From contig OZ024747.1 in NCBI GenBank assembly GCA_964016885.1, positions 46,438,001 through 46,502,000 on the forward strand: a stretch of DNA of 64,000 bases, written 5' to 3'. This stretch comes from Eledone cirrhosa (lineage: Eukaryota). The translations under genes and the position numbers were made by a program. A model generated the notes under the pieces. That model saw only the letters and a program-made list of their open reading frames with translations. It did not search any database and had not been told where the DNA came from. Shown piece by piece: positions 1 through 14,500 of the stretch. Position 1 is the stretch's first letter; each line of letters begins with the position of its first letter.

Positions 1-19
1 TTATACACACACACATACA

Positions 20-65
<46 letters not shown>

Positions 66-71
66 TGTATG

Positions 72-587
72 TGTGTGTATAAACACGACACATATTCTTC
101 AGTTTACTGAATACCACTGTGTTAGAAAGTATGCTAACTTATAAGAAGGATTTCGGAATATATATAAATATATATTTCTTATTTTACCTCTTTCATATAA
201 TCGTTCTGCATCCCCCTGCATAGAACCACCTAGGTACTATGACATAACTTATGTATTTGCTAGCATTAGTGTACATCTGTCCGCATATGTTGGTAAATAT
301 ACTAATTCTCTCTCTCTCTCTATATATATATAAAGGAAAAAATAAGTGTTTCACCATATACATATTTACTACATATTACATATGTTTCACTGTCGATCAG
401 CTCGAGGAACGATCTATTAATGATCAAACCTGGCTCTGGAATCGGTAGCTCCTCAGATATATTTTAATATGTAGGCTCGCTTCTGAGACTGTCTGAATAT
501 ATTCCGAAATCCTTCTTATAAGTTAGCACACTTTCTAACACAGTGGTATTCAGTAAACTGAAGAATATGTGTCGTGTTTATACACAA
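72..587. mobile_element. Short PLE-type inverted-repeat insertion between microsatellites (arms ~72-163 and ~497-587) enclosing a hammerhead-bearing segment
   Basis: ~90-bp arms are near-perfect reverse complements (aaacacgacacatattcttcagtttactg... / ...cagtaaactgaagaatatgtgtcgtgttt); flanked by (CA)/(TA) repeats. Confidence 0.65.
372..461 (-). ncRNA. Type I hammerhead ribozyme with enlarged stem II
   Basis: Minus strand: tatat-CTGAGGA-gctaccgatt...gatcgacagt-GAAAC-atat-GTA/atatg; stems I, II and III pair, with a palindromic loop III. Confidence 0.65.
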
Positions 588-602
588 TACACACACACAT
601 GC

Positions 603-678
<76 letters not shown>

Positions 679-825
679 TTTTTTCCGTTGTGTTGTAATA
701 TAAATATTACACACAGTAGATTATCAGCTCACGTAGAGTTTGCTCGACGGTTCCAGTTGTAGTTCCAAAAGTAATCCGGAGAAAAATAGAAAGATTTGAA
801 TGGATACAGTTTAGTTGAAAGGAAT

Positions 826-942
826 TTATTGACACGTGTTTCTATAACAGTTACATAACCTAAAACAGCTATCTACAAACTTTTAGTTATGCAGACATTC
901 AATATTTCAATGTTATTGTTTACTGTCATTTCATCAGAATAA
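826..942 (-). ncRNA. Hammerhead ribozyme of the PLE pLTR (mirror copy of 5798-5914)
   Basis: Reverse complement of the motif at 5798-5914. Confidence 0.75.
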
Positions 943-1534
943 TATTACTGAGGACCTATTTAGTTTTTATAGAGAATATTAGGAGGAAGGGGTGAAGTTG
1001 TTAGAAGAATAGTTGAAGGAGTGGTTTTTCGATAGCAGTGAGAATTCTTGGTGGCAGTGATTAATTAGATTCCCATCTGTTGTTTTGACATTTTTTATAG
1101 AATATATTATTGGTTATTTTTCTAAATCTATAGAAGGATTAGAGATAGTAAAGATATGCGTGGTTGGTTTTGTGTTTGCACTTAACATTCAGACTTAAAT
1201 TTTTCTTTCAAGTGTACGTATTCTTTCACCCACGCATTCACACACAAATATATTTGCACACCTCTACAAAATACATATACTCACAATTCACATATTCATA
1301 CTTACATATATATACACATGCATACACATATATATACACACATGTATTCATGTACATACATACGCGCTCATGTGTATACATTTTCATACTCAACTTATCT
1401 TTATATATACACACGTATAGACACACACATATATACATACATACTCTAGTCCATGTGTACACACATACACATACATACACATCCATATACACATACATAC
1501 ATACACATATATATATATACATATATACACATAC

Positions 1535-1565
<31 letters not shown>

Positions 1566-1588
1566 CACATACATATATACACACATAT

Positions 1589-1621
<33 letters not shown>

Positions 1622-1890
1622 AGCACTTTAATACATGAATACACTTACATCTAACTATACACATCAAACATATATATATATTTACTTATTTATATACATT
1701 TTCACATATATATACATACTTATGGACGTTTTTAGACACATTCATTATCGCATATTTGTACCTATTCTCATCAGCATATCTTTTCATTATTAGTATGGTA
1801 ATTTAAGGTTATTAATATATGTTGAGAAGAGATTGTTTTTATATTTTTCTAACTAGATTAAGGTTTATATAGTTGGGGGATGTCCCTCTT

Positions 1891-4046
1891 TTATGTAATA
1901 TTCTGCTTGTAGTGGGAAAAAAGGGTTTTAGTTCTGTGACGGCAGAATAATGTTCGTTCAATTCTGTTATTCAGCAGTTTCTTCTTGTGTGTGATTATGT
2001 AATAAATCTCAAGATTGCACAATTTGCAGAAATTTTGGCTCCTGGAAAAGCTCTGGGTTTTAGCTAATTTTTCCCATTTTAGGGTAAACTTTTGATTGCT
2101 ATCCCTGAGCGTCCAAGCTTTTTCTGCTAAAGTTGTTACATTTCTTTGGCTCTGGTGTTTTATTGAGTAAGAATGCCTATACAATCGAGATTTAAACGAT
2201 GTTGCCGTTGATCCCACGTAATACCACTCGTTGCCTCCGGATTTAATGGTACACTTATAAATAATATTTTTTTCCAGGCAGTTATTGCCGAGGGGGCAGT
2301 TGTCAGGATAGGTGCAGTTACAGTTGTGTACGTTGGGTTTTTCTCTGGAGTAGTATTGCGGACGAACTTAGGTGTGGTTTATTTATGTTCTGTAGTGTAT
2401 TGTCTACTGTTTTTTTGGGGTTCTTTGTACTTAAGTTCTTAGTGTTTTCGTTTAACCTTCTAGTATTGATCTTTTTTATGTGTTGTTCAAGGTTTAACGC
2501 TGTAGAGTATGACAGTCTTATAGTGGTAGGGTTTAGGATTTTGTGGTATTTGTGTGATGTGGGAAAATGTCTTTTAATTATTTTAAAGAAGAGTACTGGT
2601 AAATTTGTACTAATGGAGCTATTGTATTCGGGGTTATACCATAAGTACTCTTTGCATCGCTTTCTATTAGTTTTGTTTGTTGGTTTACTGGTGTGCATAC
2701 TATGGTAGTAAGTGTGGTTTGGTGTTGTGTTATTATATCTACCTATGTGGGATTTATTTTGGGTGTTTTGATTGTTCCCATCTATGTACTCTATTTTGTT
2801 GAGGTAGCCTGCTTTACTAAGGGCGTTATCGTAGTACTCGGCGTGTTCCTTAAATACTTGTATGTTAGAAGATAGACCCGAGATTCTAAGGGAAATATTT
2901 TTAGGGATAGATTTAATTATAGAGATGGGGTGGTTAGACCCAACATTTACGTATTTGAGATTTTCATTCAATTTATGAAACGGTTTAATCAAACCAGAGT
3001 TTAAATTGAGTGTGACATCCAGGAAGTTAACTACTTTAAGGTTGTATTCATATGTTATAGTTAGTCCTATTTCGAGTAGTAGTTTTCTTATATCTTTGCG
3101 TAGTTTTTCTAGTTTTTGGTTATTAAGGTTTTTAGCTAGGAGGAGAACATCGTCGCGGTATATTCCGCCGTGGAGATTGCTGAATTTTTCCTGGAGTCTA
3201 AAGGCGATAAATAACCCCACAATATCAGTTATTTCCGCCGAATCGTTAGAGCCCATTGTTATGTCAAAGTTAGAGGGTCTATCTTTACGTACCCAATAAC
3301 TGTTCTCAAATTTGACTATAGTTTTCCTAGCTTCTAATATAATCTTAATTTCATCGTTTGTAAGGTCGGAGTTATCCTTAGCAAACTTAATGGCTCTATT
3401 CAAAGTTTCAGGTGATATCGATGAGTAATATTCATCGATATCAAACTGGATAAACTTAGATTTATTCTTATTGCTAATGCTATTAAACCATCTTATTGCT
3501 TCTTGGGTCTTCCCCCAGAGTTTAATGTTAACCTTAGCCTTAATTTGGGGGATGATTCTATCTAAGATATATTTGCTTATTTTACCTATATCTGATTTAG
3601 AGGGGCAGATTAATCTAATTTTAGGGTCATTATCAAAGTTTACCTTGTGGTCCTTAAGATTGAAAGTGGGTACCGCCGGTAAGAGTGGTCCTGTCCTATC
3701 TTCGATTCCGAGATTTTTCACTATTTCGCATGCCTCATCATTGATGTGCTTAAGGGTTACTTCACTCGTTTTTCTATATTTTTTATGTAATTCTTTTCGA
3801 ATGAAGTTGTTGTATGTAGTGCAATCCATAGTGTACAGGTTTGATGTTTTGTCCGCTTTTACTACAATTCCTTTGGTGTTTTTAAGGTCGTCCAGTAGTT
3901 TTTTTATATCTTTCTGTAATTTGCTGTTGGTGTTGCGTCCTTTGAATTTAATTTTAAGGATTAAGTTCATAAGGTCCTGCTCAAATGCATCTAATAGTGG
4001 GTTGGTGGGTGGGTTTTTACAAGTCCTAAAACCGAATTTTTTGTTT
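1891..4046 (-). pseudogene. PLE reverse transcriptase + GIY-YIG endonuclease, 5'-truncated, with one frameshift at the 2338-2342 homopolymer
   Basis: KADKTSNLY (DKG/DKT motif), QFDIDEYYSSI, ITMGS, YRDD, NFLDVTL, SNHP thumb, WYNPEY; then CNC..CPLGNNCL..IIYKC..YYVGST..FKSRLYRH..CKLC..LLN..CRH. The frame stays open upstream of the ATG (FGFRT..FEQDL) up to the inversion junction. Confidence 0.92.
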
Positions 4047-4849
4047 ACACCAGTAAACCAACAAACAAAACTAATAGAAAGCGATGCAAAGAGTACTTAT
4101 GGTATAACCCCGAATACAATAGCTCCATTAGTACAAATTTACCAGTACTCTTCTTTAAAATAATTAAAAGACATTTTCCCACATCACACAAATACCACAA
4201 AATCCTAAACCCTACCACTATAAGACTGTCATACTCTACAGCGTTAAACCTTGAACAACACATAAAAAAGATCAATACTAGAAGGTTAAACGAAAACACT
4301 AAGAACTTAAGTACAAAGAACCCCAAAAAAACAGTAGACAATACACTACAGAACATAAATAAACCACACCTAAGTTCGTCCGCAATACTACTCCAGAGAA
4401 AACCCAACGTACACAACTGTAACTGCACCTATCCTGACAACTGCCCCCTCGGCAATAACTGCCTGGAAAAAAATATTATTTATAAGTGTACCATTAAATC
4501 CGGAGGCAACGAGTGGTATTACGTGGGATCAACGGCAACATCGTTTAAATCTCGATTGTATAGGCATTCTTACTCAATAAAACACCAGAGCCAAAGAAAT
4601 GTAACAACTTTAGCAGAAAAAGCTTGGACGCTCAGGGATAGCAATCAAAAGTTTACCCTAAAATGGGAAAAATTAGCTAAAACCCAGAGCTTTTCCAGGA
4701 GCCAAAATTTCTGCAAATTGTGCAATCTTGAGATTTATTACATAATCACACACAAGAAGAAACTGCTGAATAACAGAATTGAACGAACATTATTCTGCCG
4801 TCACAGAACTAAAACCCTTTTTTCCCACTACAAGCAGAATATTACATAA
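4047..4849 (+). pseudogene. Inverted copy of the PLE C-terminal region (linker + complete GIY-YIG endonuclease), frame continuous
   Basis: Reads ..AILLQRKPNVHNCNCTYPDNCPLGNNCLEKNIIYKC..WYYVGSTATSFKSRLYRH..CRH; no native start. Confidence 0.88.
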
Positions 4850-5118
4850 AAGAGGGACATCCCCCAACTATATAAACCTTAATCTAGTTAGAAAAATATA
4901 AAAACAATCTCTTCTCAACATATATTAATAACCTTAAATTACCATACTAATAATGAAAAGATATGCTGATGAGAATAGGTACAAATATGCGATAATGAAT
5001 GTGTCTAAAAACGTCCATAAGTATGTATATATATGTGAAAATGTATATAAATAAGTAAATATATATATATGTTTGATGTGTATAGTTAGATGTAAGTGTA
5101 TTCATGTATTAAAGTGCT

Positions 5119-5151
<33 letters not shown>

Positions 5152-5174
5152 ATATGTGTGTATATATGTATGTG

Positions 5175-5205
<31 letters not shown>

Positions 5206-5797
5206 GTATGTGTATATATGTATATATATATATGTGTATGTATGTATGTGTATATGGATGTGTATGTATGTGTATGTGTGTACACATGGACTAGAGTATG
5301 TATGTATATATGTGTGTGTCTATACGTGTGTATATATAAAGATAAGTTGAGTATGAAAATGTATACACATGAGCGCGTATGTATGTACATGAATACATGT
5401 GTGTATATATATGTGTATGCATGTGTATATATATGTAAGTATGAATATGTGAATTGTGAGTATATGTATTTTGTAGAGGTGTGCAAATATATTTGTGTGT
5501 GAATGCGTGGGTGAAAGAATACGTACACTTGAAAGAAAAATTTAAGTCTGAATGTTAAGTGCAAACACAAAACCAACCACGCATATCTTTACTATCTCTA
5601 ATCCTTCTATAGATTTAGAAAAATAACCAATAATATATTCTATAAAAAATGTCAAAACAACAGATGGGAATCTAATTAATCACTGCCACCAAGAATTCTC
5701 ACTGCTATCGAAAAACCACTCCTTCAACTATTCTTCTAACAACTTCACCCCTTCCTCCTAATATTCTCTATAAAAACTAAATAGGTCCTCAGTAATA

Positions 5798-5914
5798 TTA
5801 TTCTGATGAAATGACAGTAAACAATAACATTGAAATATTGAATGTCTGCATAACTAAAAGTTTGTAGATAGCTGTTTTAGGTTATGTAACTGTTATAGAA
5901 ACACGTGTCAATAA
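5798..5914 (+). ncRNA. Type I hammerhead ribozyme with ~90-nt stem II domain
   Basis: ttatt-CTGATGA-a-atgacagt...actgttat-a-GAAAC-acgt-GTC/aataa; 5-bp stem I, 8-bp stem II base, palindromic loop III; predicted cleavage after 5909. Confidence 0.75.
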
Positions 5915-5976
5915 ATTCCTTTCAACTAAACTGTATCCATTCAAATCTTTCTATATATATATATATATATATATAT

Positions 5977-6342
5977 TTAAAGGTTAAACAAAGTTCGATG
6001 AATAAATCAAAGAATTAGTTTTACAATAGATTGGAAGCACTCAACAGATTTGGTTTTCCGGAGTTATTAATACTCATTCAAGATATTAACAAAAATAGAA
6101 CTTCATTGTGATCAAGTATATTTTATTATACATATTTTATTATACATATTACTGTGTTAACTTCAACAGTACGTCCTCATCAGATAAAATAAGATGATGC
6201 ATGACATACCCTGACATAGTAGATGGTTAAGATCCAGTCATGGATCTTAACCATGAAGTTAACTCAATACCTCTGAAATATGTATAATAAAATATACTTG
6301 TTCACAATGAAGTTCTATTTTTGTTAATATTTTGAATGAATA
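5977..6342. mobile_element. Rearranged PLE pLTR hairpin insertion (same family as 22432-22680)
   Basis: Arms ~6074-6136 and ~6276-6340 are inverted; shares sequence (caaagaattagttttaca.tagattggaagcactc, cagtacgtcctcatcaga) with 22440-22680; (TA)n flanks. Confidence 0.7.
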
Positions 6343-6470
6343 TATATATATATATATATAGTAATAATAATAAATTTGAAGACAAAAATCCAAAGAGGGC
6401 TCGATAAGGATAAATATATATCAAATATATATTTAGCGATTCTTTGCTTAAACTTTAATCTGTTATTTTA

Positions 6471-6509
<39 letters not shown>

Positions 6510-6768
6510 AGAATTAAAATACTAGAGTGTGTTGGAGTTAAACACCCTCTTCATATTATAGAAACGACAGTATAAGATATAGCTCAATGTAATTAAACAG
6601 AGCCGAAGAATTCTTGCTATTTGGTCTATATCTATATTTGTAACTGCTCACTCTTAATCTTAGCCAACTTTTCCTTGATATCCTTCCTAGGCTTTAATAG
6701 ATGTATACTCCATATTCTTCTGACTTTTTGGCTTGTATTGGCCGATAGTGCTTCTTGTAGCTTTACTT

Positions 6769-6806
6769 GCCCTGATGAGTCCTTAATAGGACGAAACATT
6801 GTTGGC
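6769..6806 (+). ncRNA. Minimal type I hammerhead ribozyme (PLE pLTR fragment ~6506-6855)
   Basis: gcc-CTGATGA-gtcct-taat-aggac-GAAAC-att-GTT/ggc followed by AATAAA (6808-6813) and (TA)n. Confidence 0.85.
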
Positions 6807-6850
6807 TAATAAAGACTTTTGGTGTATTGAAGGCTTCTTTGGTTTATTTT

Positions 6851-6896
<46 letters not shown>

Positions 6897-6897
<1 letters not shown>

Positions 6898-7790
6898 CTT
6901 TTTAACACAATTCGTAATATAATCGGCTTGTCTCCCCACAGCCCCAGCAGACAGAATAGAGAAGGCGTTTTCCAGGAGGACGATAAGGGAGACACGCTGG
7001 AAGAGCCACTCAATATTCGCGGGGCTCACACCTGCGGCTGACTAGCTCAAGGCCTATGGTGGTGGGTAGGGAGGTACCTATGGCCGAGGACACCAGAAGT
7101 CTCCACTGCCAAGGGTACAACCGCAAACCTGTCGGAGTGCGACCAGTATTTGAAGAGTTTGAGCAGAATCTGGGTTAGTCGCAGACTGCACCAGGTTGCG
7201 GCTGCAGAAAGTGTCGGTGCAAGTGGCATCCCGGGCGAGGGATTTTCTACCGCGGAACAGGAAGATGGTCATGCCATCTGGCTTTTTGTGCAGTCCTTCT
7301 CGGTCCAGCCCCACCGGCTTGAACTGGGAAGGGAAGCCTGCAGCGTCTAAGCCATGCATTATGACCTATTTGAGGGCAGCATGGCGTGGAAGGCGGCCGG
7401 CACTGTGGCGACAGGAAAGCGGGTGGAGGCCGAATGAGTCCATGGTGGTTCCACAGTGACATTGGTGTGGCTCGCAGATCCGGAGGCCGAGCCTCAAGGA
7501 AACGCCGATGCGTAGGTTATTGTTATCTAGCTGCGTGCCAGTTGAGAAGGAGGGCAGGGCATGGAGCCAGTTGGAGGCCACACGAAAACAGGTAAGGCGG
7601 TGCTGGTCGAGCTGGCGCGTGAGCCTGTCTGAAGCCAGGCTGCACAGGATGGCAGCCCAAGTGATTTGGGGGGACTTGACGTCAGCAGGGGGAGAAAGAG
7701 GAGGGACGTCTACTGGGCTAAGTCCCAGCCGGTCCCACGTCTCACAGGCGGCCTCACGTTCTCTGAACACAGAGCGTTCTAAGTCAGATA
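6897..7790 (-). mobile_element. CRE-like non-LTR retrotransposon 3' fragment (zinc knuckle + restriction-like endonuclease), frameshifted
   Basis: WLHALP..LRLG..CHCG..GLHPLSC..RHAAL, KPDGMTIF..DATCTDT, PLAVETSGVLG, WLFQRVSL..NA motifs across three frames; 3' end runs into (TA)n. Confidence 0.8.
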
Positions 7791-8983
7791 ACGACGGGTT
7801 CTCTTTATAAATTAGCGACTATTCTCACAATCCTGGTCAATTGTTCCGTGCATCCATGCGCGTCGACCCTAGCTCCCTCCCACTGTCACATTGTTCGAAG
7901 TCATCATTAAGGAGATAAGGCAATACGAGAATGCGATGGTGGTGAAAAATAAGGGGTGAGGGATAGTTAAAAGATATATAAAAGATAGATATATAAAGGA
8001 TAGATAAAAGATAGATAAAAGAATAAGAAACAAATATGTGGTAAGGGCCAAACTGGCTACGATATAGCCAATAAGGAGATAAAATAAAACAAAAACGGAA
8101 AAGTGGAACAATATATTATAAAGATAATAAAAACAAAATCTATCCAAATATACATATATATGTGTGCGTACACACACATACACATACATACACATACATA
8201 CGCACAAAAACACATTCTTACCCTTACGTATATATACACAACCACATATATACAAATATATATACACACACACATATATATATCTGTGACTATGTCTAAA
8301 TATATACATATATATCCCTATATATCTATATCCAAAATTAAGATAAATCAAATGAATTTAATCCAAATCTAAATTATGGGTGTCATGCCAGAAATCATGC
8401 GCCATATGACCCGCAAAATAAGCTCTAAGATTCTAACGAGTAGGTCCGAGCATTTTATAATAAGTAGAAATTGATTAACATATAAATAAACATGAATAAT
8501 CACAAGAGATAATTTTTACAAGTGTGTAACCATACATAGCTAGGTAGGTAACTAAATAAAGTTGACCAGAACTTCAAAAATAGATACCTTATAATATGAT
8601 TAATATATCCCTATAAATTTATTATATACTCCCGTTCGGTCGAGTAAACCTTAGGTGGTATCTGACTGTTGCTTCCAGCAGCCAACCATCCGGTCTGCCA
8701 TTCACAGCCTTCTACTTTGACCGCTGGCCACGTGATAGTTCTTACCCATTTTGAATTCATTTCTGCGGCGATCCCTGTAGAAATTTTAGTCCTAACTTGA
8801 GGGGGTCTGTTGAGAAGCTCGAAACCTCATGGATAATACCAGGATTGGACATATCTACAAAGTACGAGCGAAACTATCGATAGTCGGGAGTAGAAGAATT
8901 TTGGTAAAGTTTATATGCATTCTTTCTTCAAACTTACATTTTAGACTTAGATGATATAAAGTATATATCTTTCGTTTATTACT

Positions 8984-9184
8984 GGTGGATTGGCAGTGTC
9001 GGTAGAGGGTCGGACGCCATGCTTTGCAGCAAAGAGTTACGGCCCTTTATGATCTGAGTTCAAATACCGCCGAGGTCAACTTTGCCTTTCATCCTTACGG
9101 GGTCGATAAAATATAGTACAAGTAATGCCCTGGATAATTGCTGGCCTTGTGCCAAAAGTAGAAACAATTATTATTATTATTATT
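8984..9184 (+). mobile_element. tRNA-derived SINE with Meta-like central domain
   Basis: A box TGGCAGTGTCGG, B box GAGTTCAAAT, central GCCTTTCATCCTTACGGGGTCGATAAAAT..GTAC, (ATT)n tail; more than 12 copies in the window. Confidence 0.85.
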
Positions 9185-9193
9185 GTTTTCAAC

Positions 9194-9390
9194 GGGCGGT
9201 GGATTGGCAGTATCGGTAGAGGGTCGGACGCCATGCTTTCCAGCATAGTTACGTCCCTTTACGATCTGAGTTCAAATCCCACCGAGGTTGACTTTGCCTT
9301 TCATCCTGATGAGGTCGATAAAATAAAGTACCAGTAATGAACTGGGTAATTGCTGGCCTTGTGCCTAGAGTAGAAACAATTATTATTATT
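9194..9390 (+). mobile_element. Meta-domain SINE (tandem with previous copy)
   Basis: Same family sequence. Confidence 0.85.
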
Positions 9391-9456
9391 GTTTTCATTT
9401 ATGTTATTCTCACATGTATCTATAAATACTAGTGCACTGTATCATGGACACAGATC

Positions 9457-9567
9457 AGTATTCTGATGATTTGGTCGGGTATCGACTGCAATTAAAATCG
9501 AGTGACGGGACTTCTAACGATCAGCGGTTTTTAGACACACCGGACTAATGAAACAATTGTTAATACT
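9457..9567 (+). ncRNA. Type I hammerhead ribozyme with enlarged stem II (PLE pLTR fragment ending ~9730 in (TA)n)
   Basis: agtatt-CTGATGA-t-ttggtcgggt...accggactaa-t-GAAAC-aatt-GTT/aatact; 6-bp stem I, ~9-bp stem II, AATAAA at 9571. Confidence 0.8.
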
Positions 9568-9728
9568 TTAAATAAACGCTATTGTACAGCTGACCACGTT
9601 ATTCTTCACTATTTTACTCGAAGAACTGCCTGCCTAGGAACTTTCTTAAACCGGCCATCGGATTAAGGAAACTTCTTGTTGAGTCAAACAACGCCGAACG
9701 TTAAAACTATCCTCGATATGGAGTACTC

Positions 9729-9777
<49 letters not shown>

Positions 9778-10773
9778 GAGGGGGCTACGTGTGTGTGTGT
9801 CCCATCTGGTGTAATTCGAGCAAATGTGCAATAAAATATCTTGCCAGGTATGATAATGACTTTCTTCGCACCGAGTTTGAACTCAAGCCCACAAGGAGAT
9901 AAACCAATGCTTTATCCGTTCATTCATCGCACCGAAAGATGTTTACCAGAAGCAAGTTTCATGAACGCCAACAATTCGAGATTCGCCGTCACATTAGAAA
10001 ATATAGATCTAGAGAAAACATAGTGCTAGAGACGTATTATTTAGTTAATAAATAAATGAAAGAATAAAAACATATAGAAACTAAACGCAATGTTATTGAT
10101 ATGTATCTACAATGATACTTGTACTAGGAAAGACAAAAACATTCTAATAAAATACGAAAGAATAAAATCTTTCATATCAAACATTGCAAACGAAAGTACT
10201 GTTTTATGTTTTATTTTTACTTGCCAAAGTTAAGAGTTATTTCGGCTTTTACCAAAGAAAATATAAAAAGACAATCCCAGCTTCATCACATGTTATCTTC
10301 GTAATATTTACGTCTTAATAGCATGTTATTTCCTCGATAGGACTGAATAAAAATTTCTGACTGTTCTCATTCCAAGTAATGTTCAGGAATCTTCTAAGAA
10401 AAACACATGCCAACAAAATCCCTTAATAGCTTACATTTCTCTATCCTTATTAATAATATCCAACTAAAGGAAATAATGTAAGTTATTTTGCTTCTCCGTA
10501 ACTAGATTTTCCCTTTCTCCAGGGAGTTTCTAACCGATTAATGTGACTGTGATTGTTCCCAAGAGTAAGTGAAAAAGTTATTCAAGCGGTGGCAGAGAAT
10601 CACTTCAAATACATTAATCAGACATAGTTGTACCGGGGAAGGAGGTTTAGCAGAAAAAGCGAAAGGTGTAATGTTGTTACTATATAAGCGTTTACGTACG
10701 CAAACACCCCCGCTCATATATATGTGCGTATATATATATCATATATACCTGTGCATATAAATATATATATGTG

Positions 10774-10804
<31 letters not shown>

Positions 10805-12634
10805 ATACATGTAACTATTGTTGATAAGTTCTTGGGAACTAAAACTTAATGTAAAACGATTTGAGTTGAAACCAATTCTACCAAAGGTTCGATAATTGTT
10901 AGCTTCCTACGGTCTACTTCCAGTAACCAAATTATCACTAAATTTCCGCATTTTTATTCATAACATTTATCATATTAAACCATCGAAATATGTATCCTAT
11001 ATTCGAAAAAGGTTCAATAAAATAAGCCATGTTTCTTTTTTTGTTATGCAAGATTCCTGATGTGAAGTCGTGTGTGGAAACAGATCTTGTCATACTTTGG
11101 TAGTGATATACTGTGCAAAAGTAGTCAGAGCTCTTTTATCACACATCCTGTGACCTCTCCAATGAATATCCCTGCTCCTTTGTGTCTCCACAGGATGTAT
11201 GACGAAAGAGCTTTGGCAATTAACAATTAAACAAACACTCGGTTACTAAACTAACCACTAAATAGATTAGTTAGACAACAAATAATAAACTCAAGTGAAA
11301 CTGAACTGGTGCGTATATTTTTTTATTGGCAGTATCATCCTCTCAAAGTATAAGACTTTAATGAAACTCATTAAATTGATAATTTTCCGAAACAAACATA
11401 TCTAAGATTTCCGTCTTACATTTTTTTCTCTCTGTTATATGTCTTTGTATGGTTTGGATCAATTCTCGATTAAATTGTTTGTTTCCAAATTTCCTTCTCT
11501 TTGCGCATGGATTTCGTAGAAAATAGTCATAGCTTTATCTAAAAACTAGAAAGTATATCTAATCGCTTAAACTCATCGATGTCCTGATCTTCTCTGCCAT
11601 CATATTCATGATTTTCACCATTTCGCTTTAACTTATTTACACTCGGTTCCTTTGATAATCTTCGTGATAAGCTCTTCTGAAGCTGCATACGTAAAAGTAC
11701 CGTTTAAATGTTTATATTTTCATTGTTATTGCTGCAGCTGAAATGCCAACCATTAACTGTGGTAAAGAATGTTTAGAATCCCTTTTCTAGCTATTCACGA
11801 GAAATTTGGAGGAGCTAGAGTTTCGTTATAAAACCTGCCCAAACTTTGTAGGTTACTACAAAATAACGATAAAAAAAGGTTAAAATAAATGCCATGCCCT
11901 CATTTGTGACTGTAACTCGTTGAATCCGCATACATCAGAAGGGTCGTTAGAACATTTGATAGAATGCTTAGCAGTATTCCTTCCTGCTCACTGCGTACCC
12001 CCCGTGTACAAATCCCACCGCTATCGAATTTGCTTTTTAGCATTTTGAATTCGATACAAAAAATACCAATCCACTACTCCGAGCGAATCTTTCTCACATC
12101 TTCTCACTAATTCACTCTCCTCTACTCTGGAAGAAATTGAATTGGCCGTGTTCAAACCTGGAGAGGGAAGAGAATAAGTTCTGACAGGTGTAAAATTTCC
12201 ATGGAACACTGCGTGTGAGGATGACTCTTCTAAGATACAGGTCCATAGGTACATACAAGAAAAACTTGAAGAAAATATTTGCGCCCCACAACATTTAACA
12301 AGAGATACATTTCTTTTAATATTACAAAGAATGTAAATATATCCAATATTGAAAGAAATATGGAATAAGAAAAGGAAATGGAGAAGGCGGGGCAGAAGAA
12401 TAGAAAAAGAAAGATAAGTGTAAGTGTATGTATATATGTATGTATAAATAGATACACACACACATACGCACAGACACACACACCCACGCACACTCACACA
12501 CGCTCGCACACACACGCACACACACATATATATATATATACATGCATATATATATATATATGTATATATATATATGTATATATATATATCTATATATATA
12601 TATGTATATATATATATATGTATATATATATATG

Positions 12635-12665
<31 letters not shown>

Positions 12666-12670
12666 GAATA

Positions 12671-12799
<129 letters not shown>

Positions 12800-13037
12800 A
12801 TATAATATATATATTTATATGTGTGTATATATATATATATATAATTAATTTGAAGTGCCGAATAACTCGATGATGATGATGATGGAAATCGATAAGAAAA
12901 AAATACAAGTTGACTATTATTTTCAAAAAAGTTATTTAAAATATACACACGGACTTTTATCAAATTAGACACACATACACACGCCTCGCATATATATATA
13001 TACATAGATACATATACTTATATATATATATATATAC

Positions 13038-13133
<96 letters not shown>

Positions 13134-13556
13134 CTGTGTGTGTATGTGTACTATTCAATTACATTGATCGTTGACTTGTTTGTGTTTTCTTTTCTTTTCT
13201 TTTCTTTTCTTTTCTGTTTTCCTTTCTTTAGTTTTTTTTTTTTCAACAATTCCTTAAAATCGATATAAAAGTCGACAGAGAGATAAACAAATAAACAAAC
13301 TCTAAAGAAAAATCGACATTTCAATTTTGTTTGTTTGTTTATCTATTAATCTTGTTATTTATTTATTCATTTATTTATTTGTTTAATTTTTTTATACTTA
13401 GTAGTAGACGTTGCAGAGTCTCAATTATCTTGACAGATTAAATTGAAAAACACTAAACAAAACAAATTGTGATCATGTAATCGAAATGGTTCAAACTACG
13501 TCAAAATTGTAAATGGTTGTTAATTCTAGCTGATTATTCCAATCAGTTGCATATAT

Positions 13557-13588
<32 letters not shown>

Positions 13589-13655
13589 GCATATATATAT
13601 ATACATGCATATATATATAATATATATATATGTATGTATATATGTATGTATATAT

Positions 13656-14500
<845 letters not shown>

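Larger units (their letters stand above)
675..5954 (-). mobile_element. Penelope-like retroelement (Naiad-type), 5'-truncated, with ~1.9-kb inverted duplication of its 3' part
   Basis: RT + GIY-YIG ORF on minus strand; 786-2694 is the reverse complement of 4047-5954; (TA)n on both sides; HHR near the 3' end. Confidence 0.93.

Noticed and set aside
2385-4428. Plus-strand ORFs overlapping the PLE ORF, and the mirror ORF at 4045-4428
   Set aside because: Antisense shadows of the RT/EN frame
5803-5845. SECIS-like ATGA..AAA..GA pattern in the PLE 3'UTR
   Set aside because: Both large PLE ORFs use Cys codons with no in-frame TGA, and the segment is better explained as hammerhead stem II
8380-8600. 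Possible highly decayed PLE endonuclease C-terminus on the minus strand
   Set aside because: Only faint motif resemblance, requiring several frameshifts
12021-12330. Possible host exon in the non-repetitive part of ORF 12021-12527
   Set aside because: No recognisable domain or clear splice pair
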